From Deltaproteobacteria bacterium (lineage in GTDB: Bacteria > Myxococcota > SpSt-1050): 64,000 nt of DNA. The notes below the pieces were generated by a model. It saw only the letters and a program-made list of their open reading frames with translations. It was not told the DNA's origin and did no database searches. The position numbers and the translations under genes were made by a program. Positions 39,194 to 49,295 of this stretch are shown piece by piece (the first letter of the stretch is position 1; each line of letters begins with the position of its first letter). The DNA is taken from the NCBI GenBank assembly GCA_026416535.1, contig JAOAFA010000087.1, positions 5,438-69,437 of the forward strand, written 5' to 3'.

Positions 39194-40936
39194 TTATTGT
39201 ACTCCCTCTCCCCCTGAGTAATATTTGTATTCCTCTGAAATAAGTCTCTTGATATCATCTGCAAATCTCTCGAATGGAACTATCTGTGAGGCCTTTTCTC
39301 TTCTAAGCTTTACCTCTACTCCGCCCTTTTCAATTGATTTTTTAGAGACCGAGACCCTTATTGGTATTCCAATCAAATCTGCATCCTTAAAGAGCACCCC
39401 TGGTCTTTCATCTCTGTCATCAAAAAGGACCTCTACATTAAGACTCAAAAGCTTTTTGTACAGTTCTTCTCCGCGCCTCACAACCTCCTCAGAATCAGTG
39501 CCAATGCACATAAGGTGAACCTCAAATGGTGCAATAGGCATAGGCCAGATAATACCATCCTTGTCATGATATTGCTCTATCGCTGCGGCAGCTGTCCTTC
39601 CAATCCCAATCCCATAGCATCCCATTATCATTGGCTTCTTTTGACCGTCTCTATCCAGAAACTCGGCATTCATTCTTGCAGAGTATTTTGTCCCTAGGTA
39701 AAATATCTGTCCTACTTCTATCCCACGGAATCTCTCATATATCCCCTTTCTACACTGAGGGCAAATTTCGCCAGGTTTTGCAAACCTTATATCATAAAAC
39801 CCCTTAATATCCTTTATATCACGTTCCACATTTACACCTTTTAGGTGCGTATCCGCCTTGTTTGCCCCCACAACTGCACCGCTTAACCCTTTTACTGAGT
39901 AGTCAGCAAATATGTCTATGCCAAGGCCTATAGGACCTGCGAATCCCACAGGTGCCTTTGTGATATCTACGATTTCCTTATCATTTGCTAGTCTTAATTC
40001 ATCACATTTAAGTAAGGCCTTTACTTTTGATTCATTTATATCGAAGTCTCCTCTCACGAGAAATGCATAAGGCTTTCCGTCCGCAATGTACAGAATCGTC
40101 TTAATTAGCCTCGAAGGAATTACATCGAGAAACCTACAGACTTCCTCAACTGTTCTCTTGTTGGGTGTTTCTACTTCAGTATATTTATTCGAGGATTCCA
40201 CACTAGGATTTTCGACAAAGTGACAGGCGGCCATTTCCACGTTTGCTGCATAATCACATTGATTACACGCCAGAATCTCATCCTCTCCCGAGTCAGCGAG
40301 TACCTGAAATTCATGGGACAAAGTTCCTCCAATATTCCCTGTTGCTGCCGAGACGGCTCTAAATTTTAGTCCGCATCTCTTGAAAATCCTTACGTAAGTC
40401 TCGTACATATTCCAGTATTCCCGTTTTGCGTCTTCCTCTGTTGTATGAAATGAGTATGCGTCCTTCATAAGGAATTCTCTCCCCCTCATCAACCCGAATC
40501 TTGGTCTGGCCTCATCCCTAAACTTAGTCTGGATCTGATACAAGTTTTTAGGTAAATCCTTATATGATTTGAGCTCTTGCCTTGCTATGTCAGTAATAAT
40601 CTCTTCATGTGTAGGACCGAGACAAAAATCAGCTCCTTTCCTATCCTTAAATCTTAGGAGCTCAGCCCCGTAATAACTCCACCTCCCAGACTCAATCCAG
40701 AGTTCAGCCGGTAGTACCATTGGCATTAGAAGTTCAATTGCACCAGATTTATTCATTTCCTCTCTTATAATTCCCTCAATCTTTCTTATTGTTCTTAACA
40801 GCATTGGCATATAAGTATAGATCCCTGCTGAAAGTTTTTTTATCATGCCTGATCTCACCATGAGTTGATGTGAAACAACCTGGGCATCAGAAGGAATCTC
40901 TTTATAAGTGTGAAACATGTATTTAGATATCCTCAT
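39194..40936 (-). CDS. proS: Proline--tRNA ligase
   Basis: LGPTHEE, FRDEARPRFGLMRGREF.MKDAYSF, editing insertion, MGCYGIG. Confidence 0.97.
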   Translation of the reverse strand: MRISKYMFHTYKEIPSDAQVVSHQLMVRSGMIKKLSAGIYTYMPMLLRTIRKIEGIIREEMNKSGAIELLMPMVLPAELWIESGRWSYYGAELLRFKDRKGADFCLGPTHEEIITDIARQELKSYKDLPKNLYQIQTKFRDEARPRFGLMRGREFLMKDAYSFHTTEEDAKREYWNMYETYVRIFKRCGLKFRAVSAATGNIGGTLSHEFQVLADSGEDEILACNQCDYAANVEMAACHFVENPSVESSNKYTEVETPNKRTVEEVCRFLDVIPSRLIKTILYIADGKPYAFLVRGDFDINESKVKALLKCDELRLANDKEIVDITKAPVGFAGPIGLGIDIFADYSVKGLSGAVVGANKADTHLKGVNVERDIKDIKGFYDIRFAKPGEICPQCRKGIYERFRGIEVGQIFYLGTKYSARMNAEFLDRDGQKKPMIMGCYGIGIGRTAAAAIEQYHDKDGIIWPMPIAPFEVHLMCIGTDSEEVVRRGEELYKKLLSLNVEVLFDDRDERPGVLFKDADLIGIPIRVSVSKKSIEKGGVEVKLRREKASQIVPFERFADDIKRLISEEYKYYSGGEGVQ

Positions 40937-41077
40937 AGACGCTCCTTAAAATAGTAAGGTATTTATCAAAATAAGCAAAATTCATCAACATCAAAATATT
41001 TTTAAAATCAGAATCCACTCGGGTATGTAACTATAGTCCAATTCGCGGTGGCTTAGTTGTTTTTGTTGTGCAAAGAC

Positions 41078-41235
41078 ACAGTGTCAAGTCTTTTACGTAT
41101 TAAATTTCTCTTCTATCATAACCTTTCTAATTCTCCCTATCACCACATCTCCACCTCCTTATATCCATTAATCTCCATATCACTACTCAAAACCCCTAAG
41201 CTCCTCTCACCATACTTCTAATCCCTTCACTTACT
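41078..41235 (-). mobile_element. Probable IS256-family 3' end remnant with terminal inverted repeat
   Basis: Minus strand ends ATACGTAAAAGACTTGACACTG (IS256-like ..AC.CAAAA...TTGACACT end); upstream frameshifted KYGER-LRGF resembles an IS256 transposase C-terminus. Confidence 0.42.
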
Positions 41236-41239
41236 AAAT

Positions 41240-41822
41240 AAACTAGGCTTTACGACAAACAATGAGAAAGCTTTAAAATTAATTCTTGAACATACTTCAA
41301 AGATTAACTCCCAAGAAGGCATAAAGGATTATTTCCACTTTACCTCTTAATGCTCTTACGAAAAAAGAAAGAGAACTTTACTTGAGAAAAGACATCAATA
41401 ATAAAGCTAGCGGATACTAGAAAAGAAAATTAGCCTGTTTTTTAGGGCTCTCCATTTTTGGAGATCGAAAAGAAGAATTACACCCCTCATATTACCTAAC
41501 AAATGAAAAAAGAGATACGAATATTTCCAACAGGTTAATCTGAGATGTGATTTTGAGTTATTCCCATGGTAAAATAAAGGCTTTGTTTTATCTATTTTGC
41601 AGAACGAATAGAAGATATAAAGGAGAAGCATTAAGAACGATGGAACTTCCAGAGAACTTTTTGTCTTTTGAGGCTTTCAAGGATGAAGAGACTAACACCC
41701 CTTCCTCAACCACATTAGTTAGTCTACACGTAGCGGTAGGCAATATAAAATTTCATCAGTTAAAGTTAATCCCTAACTTAAGTGTTGATTGCATTAAAAT
41801 AAATGGGAGTCATAGTCTATAA
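41240..41822 (+). pseudogene. Possible decayed gene of unknown family
   Basis: Codon-like stretches in shifting frames separated by stops; no SD or motif recognised. Confidence 0.25.
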
Positions 41823-41970
41823 TTTCTATACACACCACCTATGGAGAAAATGTAGTAGAATTCTGTTAGCAATGGTTTTGTATGAATTATTCCTTCATAT
41901 TCAGCAGTAACCGAAAATACTAAAATAAAGAAATTGATTTTATTTTGCAATATGATAAAAAATAAAGTCT

Positions 41971-42513
41971 ATGGGAGAGATTAGGATACCATCTGATGTT
42001 GCATTAATAGTTAGCATCCTTTACACAGACGATCTTATGTTTGAGGCGGCTACAAAAGAATTATACAGAGAATTTGGTAAGGGTATTGTCTTAAATTTTT
42101 CGGCAAAATTTGACTTTACAAATTACTATGATGAAGAGCTTGGAAGTCCGATATTCAGGAGGTTTTGGAGGTCAGAAAGTTTATTTAAGAGAGAGCTGTT
42201 AGCAGAGGTTAAATTAAAGACTAACGACATTGAAAGTAGATTCTCTATACACAATAAAAGAAGGTTTAATCTAGATCCTGGTTTTTTATCTGCCGAAAAC
42301 TTTGTTTTAGCAACAACAAAAAATTACACTCACAGAATCTACTTAAGAGCTGGGATATTTGCTGATTTAACATTGATATATAAAGGGAGGGAATTCAAAC
42401 CTCTAGATTGGACATATCCAGACTATGCTAGTCAAGAGATAAGAGAATTGCTAAAGAGTGAAAGGGAGATATATTTGAAAAGGTTGAGGGAAGGAAGAAA
42501 TGTCTCTCTTTAG
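41971..42513 (+). CDS. DUF4416 family protein
   Basis: FDFTNYY.EELG, RRFNLDPG, LATTKNYTHRIYL, WTYPDY. Confidence 0.85.
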   Translation: MGEIRIPSDVALIVSILYTDDLMFEAATKELYREFGKGIVLNFSAKFDFTNYYDEELGSPIFRRFWRSESLFKRELLAEVKLKTNDIESRFSIHNKRRFNLDPGFLSAENFVLATTKNYTHRIYLRAGIFADLTLIYKGREFKPLDWTYPDYASQEIRELLKSEREIYLKRLREGRNVSL

Positions 42514-43366
42514 TATGACAGGCTATGGTTTTAAAATTACTGAAGATGGGTATATGATAGAAATGCGTTCTCTCAATAGTAAATACTTAGATATAAATGT
42601 CAAAATTCCTCAAGAACTTTATCCATATGAAATAGAATTTCGCAATATTATAAAGGAAAACTTTTTCAGGGGCAGTATAGAACTTAACATATCACACAAG
42701 AATTTAAGCAAGTGTATATTATCCCCTAGACTTAATCATCAATATGCGGCGAAATATGTAAAAATCCTAAATGAGTTAGCATCAATGGGTGGGTGTCAGC
42801 CAGATTGCTCTTCTCTTCTTCAGATAAAGGACATAGTCTATGTGGATACTGACGAGGTGGCTCTAAAGGGTGCTGTTGACAATATAATCCAGACAATTAA
42901 TGATGTTTGTGTCATTGTTAAGGAAATGAGAAAAAAAGAAGGTGAAAGTCTTAAATATGTCCTAAGTGAACATTTAAAAAATATTAATGATATATCTTCA
43001 CAAATTTGTGGTCATGTTGAAAAGCAGAGTGAATTTGTCAGGCAAAATCTGCTAAAAAAATTATCAGAACTTAAAGCCGAATTTGAATTTGATAGTCACA
43101 GACTAAATGAAGAGGTGTTATACTTGATCAGTAGAATGGACATAGCGGAAGAATTAGATAGAGTCAAGAGTCATATAAAACAATTCGAATCATTAATCAA
43201 TCAGGGAGGTCAAATCGGCAGGATATTAGACTTTCTTTGTCAGGAGATGTTAAGGGAATTTAACACTATTGGTTCAAAGTCCACTATGATTGAGATTAAA
43301 AATCTTGTGATTTTGGGTAAGGATATTGTTGAAAAACTTAGAGAGCAGGTTCAGAATATTGAATAA
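42500..43366 (+). CDS. yicC: YicC/YloC family endoribonuclease
   Basis: SMTGYG, DIAEELDR..SH, LDFLCQEM.REFNTIGSK, REQVQNIE. Confidence 0.92.
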   Translation: MSLFSMTGYGFKITEDGYMIEMRSLNSKYLDINVKIPQELYPYEIEFRNIIKENFFRGSIELNISHKNLSKCILSPRLNHQYAAKYVKILNELASMGGCQPDCSSLLQIKDIVYVDTDEVALKGAVDNIIQTINDVCVIVKEMRKKEGESLKYVLSEHLKNINDISSQICGHVEKQSEFVRQNLLKKLSELKAEFEFDSHRLNEEVLYLISRMDIAEELDRVKSHIKQFESLINQGGQIGRILDFLCQEMLREFNTIGSKSTMIEIKNLVILGKDIVEKLREQVQNIE

Positions 43367-43425
43367 CTTTTGTATTAAAAACGTATGCTTTTTAAGAAAC
43401 TATTGTTTTTTCTTCATTAGATATA

Positions 43426-44061
43426 ATGAGAGCTATGGCAAATCCTAATAAAAAAGGAAATCTCATAGTATTGTCAGCTGTATCAGGGGCTGGGAAGACA
43501 ACCATTGCAAATCACCTTGTAAAAAGAGACAGGTCTTTTGTTAGATCAGTATCTGTTACCACAAGAAGAAGGCATCCTAATGAAAGAGAAGGTATAGACT
43601 ACTACTTCGTGTCACAAAGAGAATTTGATGACATGATCAAAAATGATATGTTTTTACAATATCAATTGGTTCACTCCCATTATTATGGGACACCAAAAAA
43701 ATACGTAGTTGATAATATATCTAAGGGTAAGAATGTAATCCTTGTAATAGACACCAAAGGTGGATTGAACATCAAAAAGATGTTTGCAGATGCTATTCTA
43801 ATCTTTATTTTACCTCCTTCTCTTCAAGACCTCATAAAAAGACTCAATTTAAGAGGGAGGGAATCTGCTGAAGAGATAGAAAGGAGAATAAAAAATGGAA
43901 AAGAAGAGCTAAGGGACGCCCTAAATTATGACTACATAGTTATAAATGATGATATTGAAAGAGCAATTCAGGATATAATTGCTATTGTCAGAGTTAACAA
44001 TTTGACCACTAAACGAAATAGAGATAAAGTTATTAAGATTATGAAGGAGTATGAGGTATGA
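43426..44061 (+). CDS. gmk: Guanylate kinase
   Basis: SGAGKTT, SVTTR, EREGIDYYFVS, YYGT, FILPPS, YDYIVINDD. Confidence 0.95.
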   Translation: MRAMANPNKKGNLIVLSAVSGAGKTTIANHLVKRDRSFVRSVSVTTRRRHPNEREGIDYYFVSQREFDDMIKNDMFLQYQLVHSHYYGTPKKYVVDNISKGKNVILVIDTKGGLNIKKMFADAILIFILPPSLQDLIKRLNLRGRESAEEIERRIKNGKEELRDALNYDYIVINDDIERAIQDIIAIVRVNNLTTKRNRDKVIKIMKEYEV

Positions 44062-46919
44062 AAAAATTTATAACCATTCTCTGGTTTATAATTACGACAA
44101 GTGGTGCTCATGCCAACCTTTATGGGTTTCTGGGGGATGAGCCTGAGGAATATTCTTTAAAAGAAATGAAATATTTTAATTGGACAACACTTAACATTGT
44201 GGAAAGATATGTAGATCAAAAGAGAATAAATCCATTTGAGATGTTTAAGGCAGCACTAAGGGGAATTGAGAAGGCTGTACCAGAACTGGTTGTAAAATTT
44301 AACGAGGAGAATTTAGAGATTGAGCTTACAATGGGTGAGAAACGCATAACGAAACGATTAGAAAAGAAACCGACTGTTATCTGGGAGAATACACTGCTAC
44401 TAAGATGGGTATTTGAGTTTGTAGATATGAACGTGAAAGAGAGAAGAAAACTATATGAGGTTGAGTTCAGTGCTATTAACGAGATGCTTTCAGAACTTGA
44501 CCCTCACAGTAATTTCTTAAATGCAAGTCAATGCAACGAGCTCAGAATATCCACTGCAGGGAAATTTGGTGGGTTAGGGATAATAATTCAATCAAAAAAT
44601 GGGTATATAACAGTAGTATCCCCCATTAAAGGAACACCCGCGCACAGGGCCGGGATCAAATCCGGAGATAGGATAATCAGGATTGATGATGAATCTGCAA
44701 TAAATATGACCCTTGATCAAGCCGTAAATCGATTGCGAGGTGAGCCTGGTACGAAGGTCACTATATATATAATAAGAGAAGACTGGCCAGAGCCCAAAAA
44801 AATGGTCTTAACAAGAGAGGAAATCAAGACGAGGAGCATTGATAAAATTTTACTTACCGATGAAAAAACATCTAAGAAGATAGCCTATATAAAAGTAAAT
44901 GGATTTAGTGAAGAGACATACCAAGATGTGAGGAAGGCATTTAATACACTAAAAGAGGATGCACGAGGACAACTTGCCGGATTAATCCTAGATTTAAGGA
45001 ATAATCCTGGAGGTCTTTTGGATGCATCGGTAAAAGTTTCAGATATGTTCTTGAAAAGTGGTGTCATTGTCACAACTAGGGCAAAGGATGGCGAAAAGGA
45101 AGATGAAAAAAATGCGTATGAAGATAGAAGTGATATCGACCTACCGATGGCAGTTTTAATAAATAGGGGTTCTGCCTCTGCTTCAGAGATTGTTGCCGGT
45201 GCTCTAAAAGACAACAATAGGGCTATTATAATAGGCCAGACATCTTTTGGGAAAGGTTCCGTACAAATCTTATTTGATAGATTAGCGTCCAAAGATGAGA
45301 TAGAAAATATGAAGGACTTGAGGCTGACACAACCACTGAAAGACTGTCTTAAATTGACTATAGCTGAGTATATGACACCGCGTGATGTATCAATTCAATC
45401 CATTGGTATAACCCCAGATGTTTACCTGGTTCCTCAGATCGTGCAGAAGTATTCTATGAATATGTATTACTTCCCTCGATATTCCTCCGAAGTAAAGCTT
45501 GAGAAACATTTGGAAAGCTCTAGACCACCAGAAGACAAACCATTTGTAATTCTTCCATATGTGTTGGAAAGGGAATCTCAGGATGAAGAAGAGGATAACG
45601 ATACTTATGAATCTGACATTAAAGAGGATTTTGAGATGCGGTTTGCCAAAGAGATAATCGCAAATACAAAAGGAAACACTAGACTTGACCTTATTGAGAC
45701 GGCAAAAAGACTGAGGGATAAACATTATGTGTTAGAGAGTAAAAAGTTTTTTGATATACTAAAGACCAGAGGTATAGATTTTTCTGAAGGTGAAAGCAAT
45801 TATGCAGATGTGGAGGTAGAGGTTAGTTATAAGCTTATCCACTACAAGAGCCAAAAAGAATCTCCTAAAAAAGAATCGAAAAAGGAAGAGAAAACTGTTG
45901 ATAGAGCAGAAGAGGTAACATCAGGAGTATTAAAGGCAGGGAATGACTATTTCTTTACATTCAAAGCTAAAAACAAATCTACTAAACCAATATATAGGCT
46001 CAGCGGGATAATCGAGTCTCATGACCCTACCTTAAATGGGAAGGAGATTTTCTGGGGCTATATACCAGCGGGCAAAGAGAAGGAATACAACGTCCTTGTC
46101 AAGTTTTCGAAATCGTTCCCAAGGGTAGCGATTCCTTATAGAGTAAGACTCCTTTTATCTGGAAAATATTTGGAAAAGAGTTTTGAGTATGTGGCCAAAG
46201 TGGATTCTCTTTTACAACCCAAATATGTGTTTTCGTATTTAATCCGAGACAATGGAGAAAATTCTAACAAGAATGGAAAAATAGAAAAAGGAGAGACTAT
46301 AACGATCAAAACGGAATTGAAAAACATGGGTGAAGGAGATGTCCAAAACACAAGAATATCTTTGCAAAATCAATCAGGGAAAGTGGTATATCTTAAGGAA
46401 GGACTCTGTAATATCGCCAGTTTAAAAAAAGGCGAAACAGCAGAATGTATAATGCAGTTCATTGTAAGAGAAAAATCAGAATCAGATCTAAAATTTAAAC
46501 TGTTTGTAACAGATGATACTTTTTATGATGAGAGCTCTACATCGCTGAAGATCCCGTTTGGCAAGCCTATGGGCGACAGTGCAAAGGGGACGGTAGACCT
46601 GCCAACAATTAAGATAATATCTGCTCCCGAATTGAAAGTGGTAGAAGACAAAAATGCAGAAATTATCTTTTCGGTATTTAATCTCAAAGGAGGAGAGGAC
46701 ATATATGTAAGATCCAATGAGGACAAGGTATTTTACATTAAAAACTCCTTGTCTAAGTCACAACTCGAAAACATCAAAACATCAGTTCCTCTTAAGGAAG
46801 GCTTCAACAATGTTTATGTGTTCGTAAGAGTAAATGATGATCAATATGTATATAAGAGGGTGGTAATTACTACACCTAAAAAATTTGAACCTAATGATAT
46901 CATTGCCAGTCAGAATTAG
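44058..46919 (+). CDS. S41 carboxyl-terminal protease with PDZ domain and long C-terminal extension (myxobacterial type)
   Basis: LDPHS, GKFGGLGI (PDZ), LDLRNNPGG, GSASASE, FGKGSVQ. Confidence 0.9.
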   Translation: MKKFITILWFIITTSGAHANLYGFLGDEPEEYSLKEMKYFNWTTLNIVERYVDQKRINPFEMFKAALRGIEKAVPELVVKFNEENLEIELTMGEKRITKRLEKKPTVIWENTLLLRWVFEFVDMNVKERRKLYEVEFSAINEMLSELDPHSNFLNASQCNELRISTAGKFGGLGIIIQSKNGYITVVSPIKGTPAHRAGIKSGDRIIRIDDESAINMTLDQAVNRLRGEPGTKVTIYIIREDWPEPKKMVLTREEIKTRSIDKILLTDEKTSKKIAYIKVNGFSEETYQDVRKAFNTLKEDARGQLAGLILDLRNNPGGLLDASVKVSDMFLKSGVIVTTRAKDGEKEDEKNAYEDRSDIDLPMAVLINRGSASASEIVAGALKDNNRAIIIGQTSFGKGSVQILFDRLASKDEIENMKDLRLTQPLKDCLKLTIAEYMTPRDVSIQSIGITPDVYLVPQIVQKYSMNMYYFPRYSSEVKLEKHLESSRPPEDKPFVILPYVLERESQDEEEDNDTYESDIKEDFEMRFAKEIIANTKGNTRLDLIETAKRLRDKHYVLESKKFFDILKTRGIDFSEGESNYADVEVEVSYKLIHYKSQKESPKKESKKEEKTVDRAEEVTSGVLKAGNDYFFTFKAKNKSTKPIYRLSGIIESHDPTLNGKEIFWGYIPAGKEKEYNVLVKFSKSFPRVAIPYRVRLLLSGKYLEKSFEYVAKVDSLLQPKYVFSYLIRDNGENSNKNGKIEKGETITIKTELKNMGEGDVQNTRISLQNQSGKVVYLKEGLCNIASLKKGETAECIMQFIVREKSESDLKFKLFVTDDTFYDESSTSLKIPFGKPMGDSAKGTVDLPTIKIISAPELKVVEDKNAEIIFSVFNLKGGEDIYVRSNEDKVFYIKNSLSKSQLENIKTSVPLKEGFNNVYVFVRVNDDQYVYKRVVITTPKKFEPNDIIASQN

Positions 46920-46966
46920 GTAAAAAATATCTTAAATATGGAACAGTATGAATAAAATTCTATACC

Positions 46967-49045
46967 TCAAAAGCTTTTCTTTATAATTAAAAACCTTGCA
47001 GTCGAAATAGGACCTTCATCAGAACTTTTAAATCCGAGCTTCATAGAGCTAATATAAGCAATCCTGTCTTTTATAACCTGGCTTATGAAAAAACCATAGC
47101 CGCCTTCCCCAAATCTATTTTTGAGACCATCGTCAGATGGGGAAAGTAGTGTGATAACATTACCGGGTGACCATGGTGGATCACCTTCTTGTCGCGAAGC
47201 AAACAGGAGCCTGTGATTAGTTGCATCTTGAAAAGCTATATGAGCAAGATTATCGCTGTCGAATGCCAGAGAACAATCAGGTCCTGCAAATTCTTTAATG
47301 CCGGGTGCAACCCCGGAGTAAACTACCTCTATTTTTGGTTGTTCATTGGCAAATCTCTCGATGTATTTCAATTGATTAAGTGTGGCATCATAATAGGCGA
47401 TACCCATTCTACCATCAGGAGAGAATTCTAAGGATGCAAATCTACCTACATCACCAGTGTCATTTCCACTACCATCTTCACCATCTAAGACCTCTATCTG
47501 AATTGTTTCTCCCTCTATTGTAGCGAGTTTCAAATTTCCTCTGTGCCTCTCTGAATCAATAGGTGTTCTATCATAATAGGCTATGTAAATCTTCCCATCA
47601 GTATGAACTTTAACAGAGGGGAACAAACCTACCCCTTCTTCGAGTACATAGGCCATTGTTCCAGCATCTTTTCTACATACAGGTGACTGTGAGTCATCCA
47701 TTACACACTTTTCATCACTGTCACATCCTGAGCCCCCTTTGCATGCCTTTTGATCAGAGGAGAGAGTCCTACATGTAGTCTGATTGTTTTCCACAACACA
47801 TGCATCAGAGGAATTACAAAGCCCGCGACAACTAATCTTTGAAGAATCAATGTCCATTATCTTCCAATCCCCTGAACTTAAAGGAATTTTATTAGACATC
47901 GGCATTGCAAGCTTAAGTTTTGAAATGAGTTTCTCTTCCCCGGCAGGACCATTCTTCTGAAAGTACGCTATATAAGGAAGCCCTGTAGATGAAATTGCGA
48001 TAGATGAGTACATACCAACATTCGCGCCATTCCCATCGACTGTATGGGTTGTCCATGCTACACCATCGAAGTATGCGAATTTGAGAGAGCTGCTAGATAC
48101 ATCATAGTAGCTAATCATAATACGTCCTGAAGCGTCCAAACCAATAGATGTATATTTGCCACTGTCCGGGCCCGAATCCTTAATTCCCTTTCTTATTCCT
48201 TCTGGATTGCCGGCCAACTGACCTTGTGAAGGAACTCCATCAATAAACTGTACACTCTTCGGATCGTATTCACCCAATGGTCCATTACCATTGTTGTCAA
48301 AAACGAATTTCACTAATACAAGATCTCCATAGGTTTTGTTATATGCACTTGCAATAAATTCATTGGACTTTGTCATAGCAAGCCTTGAGTAATAACCTAC
48401 GTCGCCAACTGGTAGATCTGGTAGGGTTTTGCACTCGCATTTTATTTCTTTACATGTGCTAAAAGTTGAATTCTCTGGTGGATCAGCAAACATAAGAAGT
48501 TCTCCATGTTTACAAGAAACTTTGCAGGATGGGACATCAGGTGCAGGAACACACTTATCTGTTTCAGCAAGACATACCTCCTTTTCACCACACTTACCAT
48601 TACATGGCAGCCTCTTCATACAAAATGTGTTCATACAAAACATCCCTTCGGGACACTCATTATTCTTTCCACACTTTTTATAATGACAATATTGACCATT
48701 TGAATCGCACTCCATCCCATCAATTACGCAATCACCCCCTGAACATTCTAAGAATGAATCGACACATGCTCTTCTAGAACATATCTGACCAGGATTACAA
48801 TCCGAATCAGTCTGACATCTTATTGGCTTACATATACCACACATGAGTTCTTGACCCCTTGGACACACATTAGGATTTGTATCGGTGATCACATCGCCTA
48901 ATACGTCTTCAGTTTGTGCATCTAAATTTATTTTGGCATCGGGTCTAGATCCTATATCTCCAGTAGCTGAGTCTCCACATTCACAATCAAGTAGAGAAAG
49001 TGAAATTAACCCTATAATTAATAAAAGTATTGTGGGTCTATTCAT
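46967..49045 (-). CDS. Cys-rich lipoprotein with beta-propeller-like repeats
   Basis: Lipobox-like LLDCEC; C..DSDC..G..C repeats; repeated G.Y.SI...G...I.YYD...LK modules; SD GGGAGG. Confidence 0.7.
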   Translation of the reverse strand: MNRPTILLLIIGLISLSLLDCECGDSATGDIGSRPDAKINLDAQTEDVLGDVITDTNPNVCPRGQELMCGICKPIRCQTDSDCNPGQICSRRACVDSFLECSGGDCVIDGMECDSNGQYCHYKKCGKNNECPEGMFCMNTFCMKRLPCNGKCGEKEVCLAETDKCVPAPDVPSCKVSCKHGELLMFADPPENSTFSTCKEIKCECKTLPDLPVGDVGYYSRLAMTKSNEFIASAYNKTYGDLVLVKFVFDNNGNGPLGEYDPKSVQFIDGVPSQGQLAGNPEGIRKGIKDSGPDSGKYTSIGLDASGRIMISYYDVSSSSLKFAYFDGVAWTTHTVDGNGANVGMYSSIAISSTGLPYIAYFQKNGPAGEEKLISKLKLAMPMSNKIPLSSGDWKIMDIDSSKISCRGLCNSSDACVVENNQTTCRTLSSDQKACKGGSGCDSDEKCVMDDSQSPVCRKDAGTMAYVLEEGVGLFPSVKVHTDGKIYIAYYDRTPIDSERHRGNLKLATIEGETIQIEVLDGEDGSGNDTGDVGRFASLEFSPDGRMGIAYYDATLNQLKYIERFANEQPKIEVVYSGVAPGIKEFAGPDCSLAFDSDNLAHIAFQDATNHRLLFASRQEGDPPWSPGNVITLLSPSDDGLKNRFGEGGYGFFISQVIKDRIAYISSMKLGFKSSDEGPISTARFLIIKKSF

Positions 49046-49295
49046 ACTGAAAACCTCCCAATAAAACTGATTATACTTCATCGGGTATGAAAATTCAAAC
49101 ATCTTTTTGTTGGAATCGCGTTTTTAGAGGCATTTAAATTTAAATGTGAAACACTACCACTCAAAAATGCCCTAATAGGAGTACGGATTAACTCTTATTT
49201 CTCCTCCTCCTAATTAAAGGGTTCATGTTTTTTATATTTGACGCACACAATTGTTGCTGTTAATATCCTAAGAAATCCTCAAGGAGGTTTCTTTA

